A stretch of DNA of 64,000 nt from Pavona decussata. Lineage: Eukaryota. Each line of letters begins with the position of its first letter. Position 1 is the first letter of the stretch. Below are positions 1 through 10,164 of the stretch, piece after piece. Position numbers and translations under genes: made by a program. The notes under the pieces were generated by a model. That model was given only the letters and a program-made list of their open reading frames with translations. It was not told where the DNA came from and searched no databases. The DNA lies in NCBI GenBank assembly GCA_977016875.1, contig CDRNST010000302.1, forward strand, positions 310,001-374,000, written 5' to 3'.

Positions 1-1460
1 GTCATATTACCTTTTTTTTCTCCTCTCTGTTTGGTTGCCTGAAAAATGTTACAGACCTCAACAGACTGAGCAATCCATCACTGACAGACAGCCGAAGAGA
101 AGCCTTTTCGGCTCCAGAAATGTTCAAATTTCCATGGAGAATAAATTAAATCTTATCTTGTGGAATAATAATCCTCGGAAAGTTAAATAATAAATAACAT
201 AAGACCCTAACGGGAGGAGTCGGAAAACTTTCAAGGAAATTTGATATTTCTCCAAAGTAGATTATAGAGTTGACTACAAGCTCACAACTTTTTTCACGGG
301 GAGCACAAAAATATGAAAATCGCTTGATTGAAGGTGCAGCGTGAGCAAGAGAAGGAATGAGAGCTCAACATCCGTGCTGGGAGCTACTTGACAAGAAATG
401 AGAAACGAAGGACTCTGAGAAATCCTTTCTAGATTAAAGCCTGGAAATTAACTGGGGTACGATCTAAGGCGAGGAGATTTTAAAGAACGATGCCTGAATC
501 ATGCGCATGGGAGTATTGCAAGCCTATCAACCCCATGTTCAATCTCGTATCCATCTATCCAGAGTCCTTAGGCAATTAACCCTAGTCAAAGTACCTGCAC
601 CTCGCCAAGCAACCAACCGCTGGCCAAAGAGCCAATGTTTGTTTGTTGTTTGCTCTCCACTGGGATTCGAAAAATGAATTTGTAGTTGTTACCAAATGAT
701 GCCATTATAAAATTGGCGTATAGGAGTCACCTAGCCCGAGCGCCACCGTCCCTGTACACCAGAACCCAAAATGAATCAGTTCAATCAATTAAATTAACTA
801 TTAACTCTCCCCCCTCCCTCCCCCCTCCCCATTGGAAAATTTTGCCCTTACGCTTTAAAGGAAATCACTGGTAAGCGAAGTTGCAAGGAAAAAGAAGAGA
901 CAAGGTCTGTGTAATTATAGTTTGGCGGGGACGCGCAAAAAGTCCATGGTGACTACAAAGCATACGAAGTTTTCTCTCTCTCCAATCGAGTTAGCTTCTC
1001 ACAATTTCCCCAACAGTTACCATATGAAAAACTAAGGCGCCAGTTACGCGGGCTAAAGAAGCAGTATGGCACGCACGAGATGTTTTTGCGCGAAGAAAAG
1101 ACTGAAAGCCAGTTGGCCCTTCCACATCACGTTCCACCTCGCAATTCCGTGATATCGCTCCCTGTATATGCCAAAGAGACGATTTGTGAGGCGCAAGATT
1201 TCATGAACTTACCTAAATTTAAGCGCCTGCTATCCGCAGTACTGAAAAAGATGGCGGCTGGTAAATTTACAAATAATTCCTAGCGTATGAAAACCTTTAA
1301 AAAAACGCCAGCTCATAAAAACGCACAGAAAAGTTTTCAAAACCTAGCATACACAATGCTGTTGTTACAGGGACGGGTATCCCAAAACACTTGACTTTCT
1401 TTGTGCCTTATGGCTGTGTTAGGTTTCGCGTGGTATTGTGGTTAAAATTACAACCGCAAT

Positions 1461-1540
1461 CTATTCTCAGCGGTCTCACCTCTCACGTATAAAAGGAGAT
1501 GAGACAAAGTGAACAATGCCATTCTGTCGATCAAGCGAAG
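1461..1540 (+). repeat. Split direct repeat A1
   Basis: ctattctcagcggtctcacc...gatcaagcgaag is repeated exactly at 7894-7973. Confidence 0.95.
1488..1525 (+). promoter_or_regulatory. Putative element promoter: TATA box plus Inr-like motif inside repeat A
   Basis: TATAAAAG at 1488-1495, CCATTCT ~30 bp downstream, then aaaATGGCG start context at 1554. Confidence 0.55.
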
Positions 1541-1553
1541 AGCATAGTTCAAA

Positions 1554-3542
1554 ATGGCGGACCCTGCTGTACAAGTCCCGGCGCAGGAAAACCTTCCAGC
1601 AGCTCAAGCGGCCGCGGTTGTTCAACCACCACCACCGCCTCCGCCTCCACCAAACGCAGAAGAACCTCCTCAAAACGCCGCTGGAGAACAAGTCACTTTG
1701 GAGGTTTGTTCAATTTTTGTTTTACTCCAGTATCGTACACGTGTTCTTGCACTTCGTATTCCCGTGGCAGCTTTAAGTCTGTTTTCAGCTCAAGTCATGC
1801 CCTGCTTTAAACGTGTAGCTTTGTAGCTCTGCGGGCAATTTTCTCTTTACCCCCCAGTTTATTTTACGCCCTGCTTCTGAACGTGCGACCTTCGTTGCTT
1901 TGCGGGCATGTTTACAATTCATGTTGCGCCCTGGCTTGGTGGGCAATTTAAAATTCACTTCGCAATTATGTTGTGCCCTGCTGATAACGTGTACTTGGTT
2001 GCTTTGCGGGCAGTTTTAACTCTGTTTACAATTCATGTTCCGCCCTGCTTCAAACGTGTAACTTTTTAGCTTTGCGGGCCGTTTGAAACTGACTTCGTAA
2101 TTATTGTTGCGCCCTGCTTCAAACGTGTAGCTTTTTAGCTTTGCGGGCAATTTTAAATTGACTTCGTAATTATTGTTACGCCTTGCTTCAAACGTGTAGC
2201 TTTTTAGCTTTGCGGGCAATTTGAAATTGACTTCGTAATTATTGTTACGCCCTGCTTCAAACGTGTAGCTTTTTAGCTTTGCGGGCAATTTGAAATTGAC
2301 TTCGTAATTATTGTTACGCCCTGCTTCAAACGTGTAGTTTTTTAGCTTTGCGGGCAGTTTGAAGTTGACTTCGTAATTATTGTTACGCCCTGCTGACAAC
2401 ATGTAGCTTTTAGCTTTGCGGGCAATTTGAAATTGACTTCGTAATTATTGTTACGCCCTGCTGATAATGTGTTTACAATTCATGTTGCGCCCTGCTTCAA
2501 AACGAGTAGCTTTTAGCTTTGCGGGCGGCTTTAGATTGACTTTCTAATTAATTTTTTGCCCTGCTTCAACACGTATAGTTTTGTAGTTTTGCGGGCTACT
2601 TGAAGTCGACTTACTACTTTCTGAATTTTATTTATATGCGCTATTTTTGCCGATTATGTGTACATTCTAATTCTCGGTTAGCTTCAAAAGCTTTTCAATT
2701 TTGTTGACCTCAAAACATACTTCAGCAGAGAACTAGTTATTATCTTTGTGCGATCTTTGTCGATTATTCTCACTCTTCATTTTTTAATTGTCTTAATTTG
2801 CCATTTCTGAGTGCTTGTTTGCCACATTGTTCTACTTGAATTGTTTATTTTCGTATTGTTCTGTTAATTGTTATATTTGCACTCCGACTTTGTCGGAACA
2901 AAAGGTTCCCTGCCGCTTTACCGGGTCTTATCACAATGCTTGTACTCATTTACGAATGTTTTGTATCGCCGCTAAGCGGTATGAAATTACACTTCGCAAT
3001 ACATCTGTCTATTTCATTTTCTCATTCAGGCTTTGCAAGAAAGAATTAAATTTTTGGACAATGCCCAAGGGACCTCCATTCAGGCTTTAAAGAATCGCAT
3101 TACCCATTATGGTAGTCGCCGCCTGGAGGACTTCGACAAATACGAGGCCTTGCGCCTCGCGGAGGAGCTCGTCTCCGTAGCGAAGACAACTGGTGATGAT
3201 AAGGCCGCCAGCTTTGACATCATAGCGGCCACCCTAAGAGAGAAAATACACGTGCCGAAAGAGCAGTTTAAAGCTTACTTTTTGGCTCTTCTCGCGGACA
3301 AGGAATTTACAAGAATCTTTGACACAATCTCCAAGGTCGACAAGTCGTTTAGACGTCCCTCGCCTTACTCGCGTCCTCAGGCCAGAGGCAGTCAGAGGTT
3401 CTCGTCACACCCTCGAGTGACCTGCTACAGATGTGGTACGCCCGGACACAAGTCTACGCAATGTTTTAAGCGGTCTCCGACGACCCGCTATTTTTCTTCA
3501 GGCGGTCCAGGTCACAACCAGCCTCGACCGACATCTCAGTAG
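1554..3542 (+). CDS. gag: Gag-like protein, two exons (1554-1703 + 3030-3542), Pro-rich leader and CCHC zinc knuckle
   Basis: Exon 1 (MADPAV...QVTLE, 50 codons) ends at GAG|gtttgt. Acceptor tttctcattcag|GCT at 3030 is in frame with ORF 3033-3542, which has no ATG and contains CYRCGTPGHKSTQC. Confidence 0.8.
1795..2600. repeat. 69-bp minisatellite (about 6 near-perfect units plus degenerate flanking units) in the gag intron
   Basis: Unit cgccctgcttcaaacgtgtagctttttagctttgcgggcaatttgaaattgacttcgtaattattgtta; copies at 2248 and 2317 give the period. Confidence 0.9.
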
Positions 3543-3864
3543 CAGAATCTGCCCGATCCTCATTTTGTATGCGTTTTAGTACTATTAAAGTCAAATGAAC
3601 ACTATTGCATCACAATGTTTGTTTATTCGTATACATTATACCCACCCCACCAGGGTTTTATTAACATATTATTACTTACATATTTTACGACTCGCTACGC
3701 TGTTCATAGATGTGGGAACCAATTATCTCTTTTCGATCGCACCCTTCCCCCCTCGGGTGGCATTCTCAAAGGGAAGCTCACTTTCCCTCTCGGATTACCG
3801 GGGCTGAGTTTGCCATTCCTTGGGCCCTAATTTATTTCCAAGTTCTTTTTTATTTTCCTTTTAG

Positions 3865-6123
3865 CTGTCAGACCCTTGCTTTCACGATTGGGAAAAGCAT
3901 CCCGGTTTCAAGCCTAACACAGTTGGTATGAATAAGTTACAGTGGATAAGCATCGATGGTTCTGTTGTTGATGAGGCCCAAGGGATGGCAAACAATTCCC
4001 ACATCTCTGATGAGGATATCGCCCTCGTGTTGCAGGGAAATTCATTAGCGGATATGTCTCGCCTTGTTTTCCGCGATCCAGATCACTTCCTAGCAGGGGA
4101 ACTCCATCGCCATGCACCACAATGGAATGCTTTATTAAATGATATGAACGATGAGCGCTTCTCTGAAGTCCGTGATTGGATTACTAACGGTGTAGACGTA
4201 ACGAAGTTCTTTAGACCGTTTAAGGGTAGTTACAAGGGAAGGAATTACGAGTGTGGTAGTCCACCGCCTTGCGTTTTTCCCAACCACCTGTCGTGCAAAC
4301 CTTTTGCCTCGTTTATTTCTGATACGCTCCTGGACCGTTTGCGTTCCGGTGCTATTTCTTTGTGGGGCAAAGTCGGAGAATGCACCCCACCCCACCTTAT
4401 TATGCCCCTCACTGTCGAGCCTAGCAAGCCGCGTCTCTGCAACGACGATAGATTTCTTAATCTGTGGATCGAAGACCGTCCGTTTGCCTTGGATAGCGTC
4501 CAACACTTGCCTAAGTATGTCAATAAAGGATTTTACCAAACAGTGTGCGACGACAAGTCAGGATATGACCACATCAAACTTCACCCCAGCAGTCGAACTT
4601 ACTTTGGCTTCCAGTGGGGAGGTTGGTATTTTGTGTGTGAATGTATTCCTTTTGGCTGGAAATCCTCGGCCTATATATATCATACGACTGGTCTAGTTGC
4701 GTCACACAGACTTCGTTCATGGAACATTCCCTCTTCTTTGTACATTGACGACCGCCATAATGGCCAACTGTCATTTCCAGGTGGCATTTTACCAGCCGCC
4801 TATCAAGCCCTCGCCTCAAGGGATGAAGTGAATTTTGCTCTGGCCGTCGCGGGTATTTTTCTCACGTGCTACATCTTAATTTCCCTCGGCTACTTTATCG
4901 GTCTGGCGAAGTCTCACCTTACCCCGAAAAAACAGGTGCCATACCTTGGTTTCGGTATCGATTCTGAACTACAGGCGTTTACTTTGTTACCCCATAAAAA
5001 AGAAAAGCTTCTTCGTCTCATCAAAGAAACGTTGGCTCGCGATAACCTGGACCTACTAACCTTGCAAAGGCTCAGCGGTAAATGCGTGTCCATGAGCTTG
5101 GCAGTTCCGGGCGCAAGGCTTTATGTTAATGAAATAAACCTAGCTGTGTCTCGCGCCACGCGTTCTGCTCGACCTGTAAAGATGTCTGCCGCTCTAAAGA
5201 ATGAAATTGAGCACTGGCTATTCCTTGAGACCTGGGACGGTTTTCTTCCCTGGCGGTCTGAGAAACACACACATGTCAGGCTGTTCTCCGACTCATCTCG
5301 CTTCGCTTGGGGAGGTGCACTGAGTCCGGGTGCCATTGAGGCGAACGTTTATGATTACTGGGACGCCTCAACAATACAAGCCGATATCGCCACTAAGGAG
5401 ACCTTAGCGCTCAATAATGTCCTTGAATCATTCGCTGATACCATCAAAAACTCGTGGGTCGACGCCTTCGTCGACAGCATGGCTCTAGTCCGTTCATGGA
5501 ATCGACAGGGCTCTCGTTCTCAATCGCTTCCTAGCGCCTTGAAGATATTATTCAACACAATGACGAAACTCAACATCGATTTGCACCTTACTTTTGTGCC
5601 TAGTTCTCAGAACCAAGCCGACTTCCCCTCGCGACGCCTTAGCCTACAGGATGCCAAATTGTGCCCATCCCTATGGACAGTAGTACAAGAGTGGAATGGC
5701 GGCGAAAATGGGCACTCTGTCGATCTAATGGCACGCCCTTCAAACGCCCAATCCGACTTGTCAGGTGCCAAGTTACCTTTCTTCTCTGAAAACCCTCTGC
5801 CGGGATCCCTGGGAGTGAACGTGTTCGCGCAATCGCCCGATCTGTACGATCCGTTTGTATTCAAGAACCCATACGCCTTTCCCCCGATCTGCCTAATACC
5901 TCATGTTATCAGGTATATGAGAAGCCTGCAATTATCCTACACTATCGTAGTACCAGACGTATGCCCAAGGCATTTTTGGTGGCCCTTGTTAACGTCTACA
6001 TGTTCTTCCCGATACCTGCTGGCCGTTGCCGGAACCGTTGGAGCGCTCCTCACTCCCTCTAAACACGGGTTTTCAAACAATTGGCCTATCCCATGGGATC
6101 TCTGGGTGTTCCGCATCGGATAA
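3865..6123 (+). CDS. pol: Reverse transcriptase - RNase H - methyltransferase-like polyprotein (first ATG 3928; frame open from acceptor at 3865)
   Basis: RT: DDKSGYDH, IPFGW, LYIDD. RNase H: LFSDSS, KETLA, FVDS, NQADFPSR. C-terminal DIRS MT-like motifs: VDLMA...NPYAFPP. Confidence 0.92.
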   Translation: MSDPCFHDWEKHPGFKPNTVGMNKLQWISIDGSVVDEAQGMANNSHISDEDIALVLQGNSLADMSRLVFRDPDHFLAGELHRHAPQWNALLNDMNDERFSEVRDWITNGVDVTKFFRPFKGSYKGRNYECGSPPPCVFPNHLSCKPFASFISDTLLDRLRSGAISLWGKVGECTPPHLIMPLTVEPSKPRLCNDDRFLNLWIEDRPFALDSVQHLPKYVNKGFYQTVCDDKSGYDHIKLHPSSRTYFGFQWGGWYFVCECIPFGWKSSAYIYHTTGLVASHRLRSWNIPSSLYIDDRHNGQLSFPGGILPAAYQALASRDEVNFALAVAGIFLTCYILISLGYFIGLAKSHLTPKKQVPYLGFGIDSELQAFTLLPHKKEKLLRLIKETLARDNLDLLTLQRLSGKCVSMSLAVPGARLYVNEINLAVSRATRSARPVKMSAALKNEIEHWLFLETWDGFLPWRSEKHTHVRLFSDSSRFAWGGALSPGAIEANVYDYWDASTIQADIATKETLALNNVLESFADTIKNSWVDAFVDSMALVRSWNRQGSRSQSLPSALKILFNTMTKLNIDLHLTFVPSSQNQADFPSRRLSLQDAKLCPSLWTVVQEWNGGENGHSVDLMARPSNAQSDLSGAKLPFFSENPLPGSLGVNVFAQSPDLYDPFVFKNPYAFPPICLIPHVIRYMRSLQLSYTIVVPDVCPRHFWWPLLTSTCSSRYLLAVAGTVGALLTPSKHGFSNNWPIPWDLWVFRIG

Positions 6124-6367
6124 GCAAGTAGTAGCTCTTGGTTAGCGCACGAGCCAAACAAAGAACACTTAGCTATCTTTAAATTTGCCAATTCTCCCAT
6201 TAATTTAGCTCCATCCATTACTTCAGTGAAATCAATGTTGTGAATAAATCATTGTTTTCCAGTATACATCTGTTGACAGTTGTTTTATAGCTTCATTTAT
6301 ACATTTATGTCAAAACAAATCTAAAGGATAAAGAAGGAACTGTTTGTTTTACTTTCATATCCTTTAG

Positions 6368-7702
6368 GACTTACCTCCAGCCGTTCGAGCGTTTGTACCA
6401 GCCGTGTCATGTCCTTCGTGCAGCCACCCCAACGACAAGCTGTTCTTTTTCTGCCAAATGTGCGGCTACAGGAGGAAAACAGTCTCCCCAAGTGTCCCGA
6501 GCCCTAAACTCTCAGTCGACCTTCAAGCGATAGATAACCGTTTGGAACTCCTAAATAATGCCTCTCTTCAATCGTCATACTCAAAACAGAAGTGCTCACT
6601 TCGTACGGAGTTTGAAACTTTCTTGGCGTCCCTTCCGAATAGTAAAACCATCCTTTCGGCAAGCCCCACTGACATCTCTCGGTTCTTGGTCTGGAAAGAC
6701 CGACATGGCAAAACCATAGTACATAGTAATGGGTGTCCCGATTCCCACCTTCAAAACGCAGCTAAGTGTAAATGTCCTAAACGCCTGGCATTCAAGACAA
6801 TCGACTCCTACATTGGAAAACTGCGAGCCATTTTTAAGGAAACCGGGCGCTGTGGAGAGTGGAACTCCCTGCTAGGTCTGGGTAACCCCGCCGCTTCACT
6901 CGAGGTGCAAAAATATCTTAAGGCGTCAACTGAGGAACAATTACGAGCCCGCATCACGCCAAAGCAAGCAGTTCCCCTATTTTTGTCCAAATTGTTGCTT
7001 CTGGCCCGTTTTTTAAATCGGAAAATTGCGGAGCGCTCGGTTAGTCCTTCTGGTCTGTTTGTATTGACGCGGGACCAAGCGTTTTTCAAAACGTTATTCT
7101 TTAGCGGTGATCGTGGTTCAGATCTTGGCATGGTGAAAACAGAAGAGATCCTGCGTTTCCCCCAGGACAATGGGCTGTTGTTCAACCACGTATGGGGAAA
7201 AACCCTGAGGGATGGCGTCTCTAACGTCTTCGGGATTCGGAGACACCCTAACCCTGAGTTGTGTCCAGTTAAAGCTATTGAGACATATGTAGCCGTGGCT
7301 TCCGAGTTACGCGTTTCTGTGACAAATGGTTACTTGTTTCGACCAACTAATCCCCAAGGTCATATTGTGAACAAACCATTTTCAAGTTCTTCAGCAGAAG
7401 CTCGTTTAAAGCTGTATTTGAAAGAAGCTAAGATCGATGAGGGAGAAACGCTACACAGCTTCCGTTCGGGCTCAGCCATAACGTTAGCGTTATCTGGCTC
7501 CCAGTTGGCGGACATAATGTCTCATGTAGGATGGAATAACAAAGAAACTGCTCTCTACTACATGAAACTAGCGGAGGTGCTTCGTTTGGATAGTCCCTCT
7601 CATTTGCTATCCGCGGACTCTTCCGCGACAGCCGCCCTAACAGAGAACTACATGGAGCTTAACCGTCTAAAAAACTTTATATCCGCTTTTCCGCACGTTT
7701 AA
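6368..7702 (+). CDS. Tyrosine recombinase with N-terminal Zn-finger-like motifs (no ATG at the 5' end; frame opens at a splice acceptor)
   Basis: Catalytic set R (GDRGSDL), K (GKTLRDG), HxxR (LHSFRSG), H (SHVGW), Y (ALYYM); CPSC...CQMC and HxxxC...CKCP at the N-terminus. Confidence 0.92.
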   Translation, partial: DLPPAVRAFVPAVSCPSCSHPNDKLFFFCQMCGYRRKTVSPSVPSPKLSVDLQAIDNRLELLNNASLQSSYSKQKCSLRTEFETFLASLPNSKTILSASPTDISRFLVWKDRHGKTIVHSNGCPDSHLQNAAKCKCPKRLAFKTIDSYIGKLRAIFKETGRCGEWNSLLGLGNPAASLEVQKYLKASTEEQLRARITPKQAVPLFLSKLLLLARFLNRKIAERSVSPSGLFVLTRDQAFFKTLFFSGDRGSDLGMVKTEEILRFPQDNGLLFNHVWGKTLRDGVSNVFGIRRHPNPELCPVKAIETYVAVASELRVSVTNGYLFRPTNPQGHIVNKPFSSSSAEARLKLYLKEAKIDEGETLHSFRSGSAITLALSGSQLADIMSHVGWNNKETALYYMKLAEVLRLDSPSHLLSADSSATAALTENYMELNRLKNFISAFPHV

Positions 7703-7834
7703 TTCTTAACCTTGTTACATCTCGTTTAAAACACTTTACGAATTTTTAGGATGGGGCACCTTGAGTTTGGGATTCTGAGAACGGGATTTCCTTATGGTCC
7801 AGTGGTTTGGGACTTTAGGACACTCTGTAACATA

Positions 7835-7973
7835 GAGACTGTCGGTGCCCAATCTCAACATAGCGTGAGAGAGAGAACGTTGAGAATAAAGTACTATTCT
7901 CAGCGGTCTCACCTCTCACGTATAAAAGGAGATGAGACAAAGTGAACAATGCCATTCTGTCGATCAAGCGAAG
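7835..7973 (+). repeat. Internal B1-A2 junction of the split direct repeats
   Basis: B1 7835-7895 abuts A2 7894-7973, sharing 'ct'; AATAAA lies within B. Confidence 0.95.
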
Positions 7974-8111
7974 TGTTGTAGTATAAAATGCAGCACACGG
8001 TATCCCTTGCCCTGACGTTCTCTCTTTCACCAGCCATCAAGTTTCGTCCTGCGTTTGATTTTCCCTACCCAAACCCTCCCCTTTCCTCTTCAGAACATTC
8101 ATCAACAGGAC

Positions 8112-8172
8112 GAGACTGTCGGTGCCCAATCTCAACATAGCGTGAGAGAGAGAACGTTGAGAATAAAGTACT
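8112..8172 (+). repeat. Terminal split direct repeat B2
   Basis: Exact copy of 7835-7895. Confidence 0.95.
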
Positions 8173-10164
8173 TTTTTCCTGCACGGTGGACAGTCCAGGC
8201 CATGGCAGGCCAAATAGCAACCGGCTCAAGCTCGAAAAGTCGCGCTTAATCTCATATCCAACGCGCGCTGCGGGAATAATTGTTGATTAGTCGAGGAAAA
8301 CGGATCTAAAAAATGTATCTAGCTAGGCTCGGTAAGTTATCGGCACTTTTTAAAGTTTAACTTATCAACGACCGCAGAACAGAGTTATCAGTGAAGAATG
8401 GGACAAAACGAACGGCTTCCAAGCGAAGAGTTATATTCTTTGCGACAATTCCTTTGGGGGAGATTCGTTTACACCAACTTGCTAACCAACGAATTCAAAC
8501 AAAACCTCTAGCCTTAGTGAATAACCGTGCAGCATCAATTATTTCATTGCTAATTATGACATTTTCTCCTTTTCTGTTACATCGAGACAGGTGAAAAATT
8601 TGGTGCCCCGCTCCAGTCGAAGAGACCGTGATCAATTTAAAAATAACCGTAATATAATTCTGATCTCAGTCCCTTTTCAAGGCTCTCTGATGAAACATTC
8701 ATTTTGCGAGGAGTTAGGAAACATTTTGTTCATCTTAGGCTGCGCAGCTGGCGATTTTTTGGATGCCCGCGGTACAGTCGCAAACACGAGCGGCGAGTCT
8801 TCTCGCGGCTTCACCGCTCTTAGCTTTTTCGTCTTCTCGCGGCTTTGCCACCCGTTTTTCAGTTCCACCGCAGGCGACCAAACCTCAACTTAACTGCCAG
8901 CTATCCGTGCTTACGGCTTTTGTGATTCAGAATACAGAATCTGATAACGTTGAAAAAAGATGTGAAAGTTCTGGTGCCGAACTTCAAGGGAAAATCTGTA
9001 GTGGGCAAGAGGCGCTGAGTCATTTCTCCTCACTCATCAAAAATCACAGCTGATCGAAAAAAGTAACATGAGATTTTGTATTGGTCAAGAGATCCAATCG
9101 CATTATTCTGTTTCGCCCAGAGAAGGGATGAAAAGCGACAGCTACGATGAATTATTACTTTATTACAGGTTTTCAATAATTTTTTGATCATAGTCTAGAT
9201 CAATAAAAGTTCTCATATGACGCCCTTGTTTATATACATGTTCTAAACCCAAGTAAGTGAAGGAGTCTCATTCATAATTGAGCTCTCCTACATCGCGATG
9301 CATTTTAAGTAGACCTGGAAAGCAGTGAGCTTTATTTGAGCCTACTCGAAGAAACACATGACGATTAGGAGTCATTCTCTCTTGATTCAACTGAACGAGA
9401 GAAGTTTACGAATCCGATCCAAGATCCACTAAGCAAAGGAATTAAGTCTTTGAACAGTCTCACTTCTTTATTAAAGACTAAGAGTAAAAAAGTGTTTGCT
9501 TTATAAGTCTTTTAAACTGAAGCAAAACTTTTGCATTTTACAAAAATACATTTTTAACAACATACTGAAAAGTACTTAGCAATAAATATACAGCAATTTT
9601 ACAGAAGCATTAATGACGAAAACATTACTCTTACTTCTCCTTGATTAAAACAAACAATCGTTTGTACAACGATTAAAGACGTATATATCAAGGCCTAGTA
9701 AACATTGCATAACTCACTGAAAGTATGTCTTATTTAGTATCTACATCTGCAGTCGAACCTCGTGGACCGAACACCTCTGTTAACCATTTACTTCCAAATA
9801 TATCATTCAAGTTTAAATATTAACTAGTAAATAAAAAATCTCGCTTGTAAAATACCAGGAAACAAACGTCAACACATAAACGTAATTCTCAACAATTTTC
9901 AGCTTGAGTCATTCCATTGAAAACCATATGACCAAGTTGTTACTTTAGACCGACGGCGTCTTTAGTGTGCACTATTATTTCTTCGGTTCAAGTCCTTTCT
10001 TCTTGTTACTCAAGGCAAATCACAATATGTCAGACGTCTACAATTGTTAGCCGACCACTGCACCTTTAGTAGTAGTTTAGATGGTCGCTCACAAGATGTT
10101 CGACTATAAAAGCGTACCCTAAACGTGTTTATTAGTAATTCACCTCATGACCCATAATAAACAA

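Larger units (their letters stand above)
1461..8172 (+). mobile_element. Full-length tyrosine-recombinase (DIRS-order) retrotransposon with split direct repeats A1-ORFs-B1A2-B2 (PAT-like/Ngaro-type layout)
   Basis: A1 1461-1540 is identical to A2 7894-7973 (80 bp); B1 7835-7895 is identical to B2 8112-8172 (61 bp). Gag-CCHC, RT-RNaseH-MT and YR ORFs lie between. No TSD. Sequences homologous to both flanks occur close together in the paralogous copy (~45540-45690). Confidence 0.95.

Noticed and set aside
2016-2402. 128-aa ORF with 23-aa repeats
   Set aside because: Antisense translation of the 69-bp minisatellite; no independent coding evidence
1795-2600. CRISPR-like array
   Set aside because: Units are contiguous with no unique spacers, there are no cas genes, and the context is eukaryotic
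3928-7702. Bacterial retron/DGR or phage integrase module
   Set aside because: Gag knuckle, RNase H, split direct repeats and spliceosomal signals identify a eukaryotic YR retrotransposon
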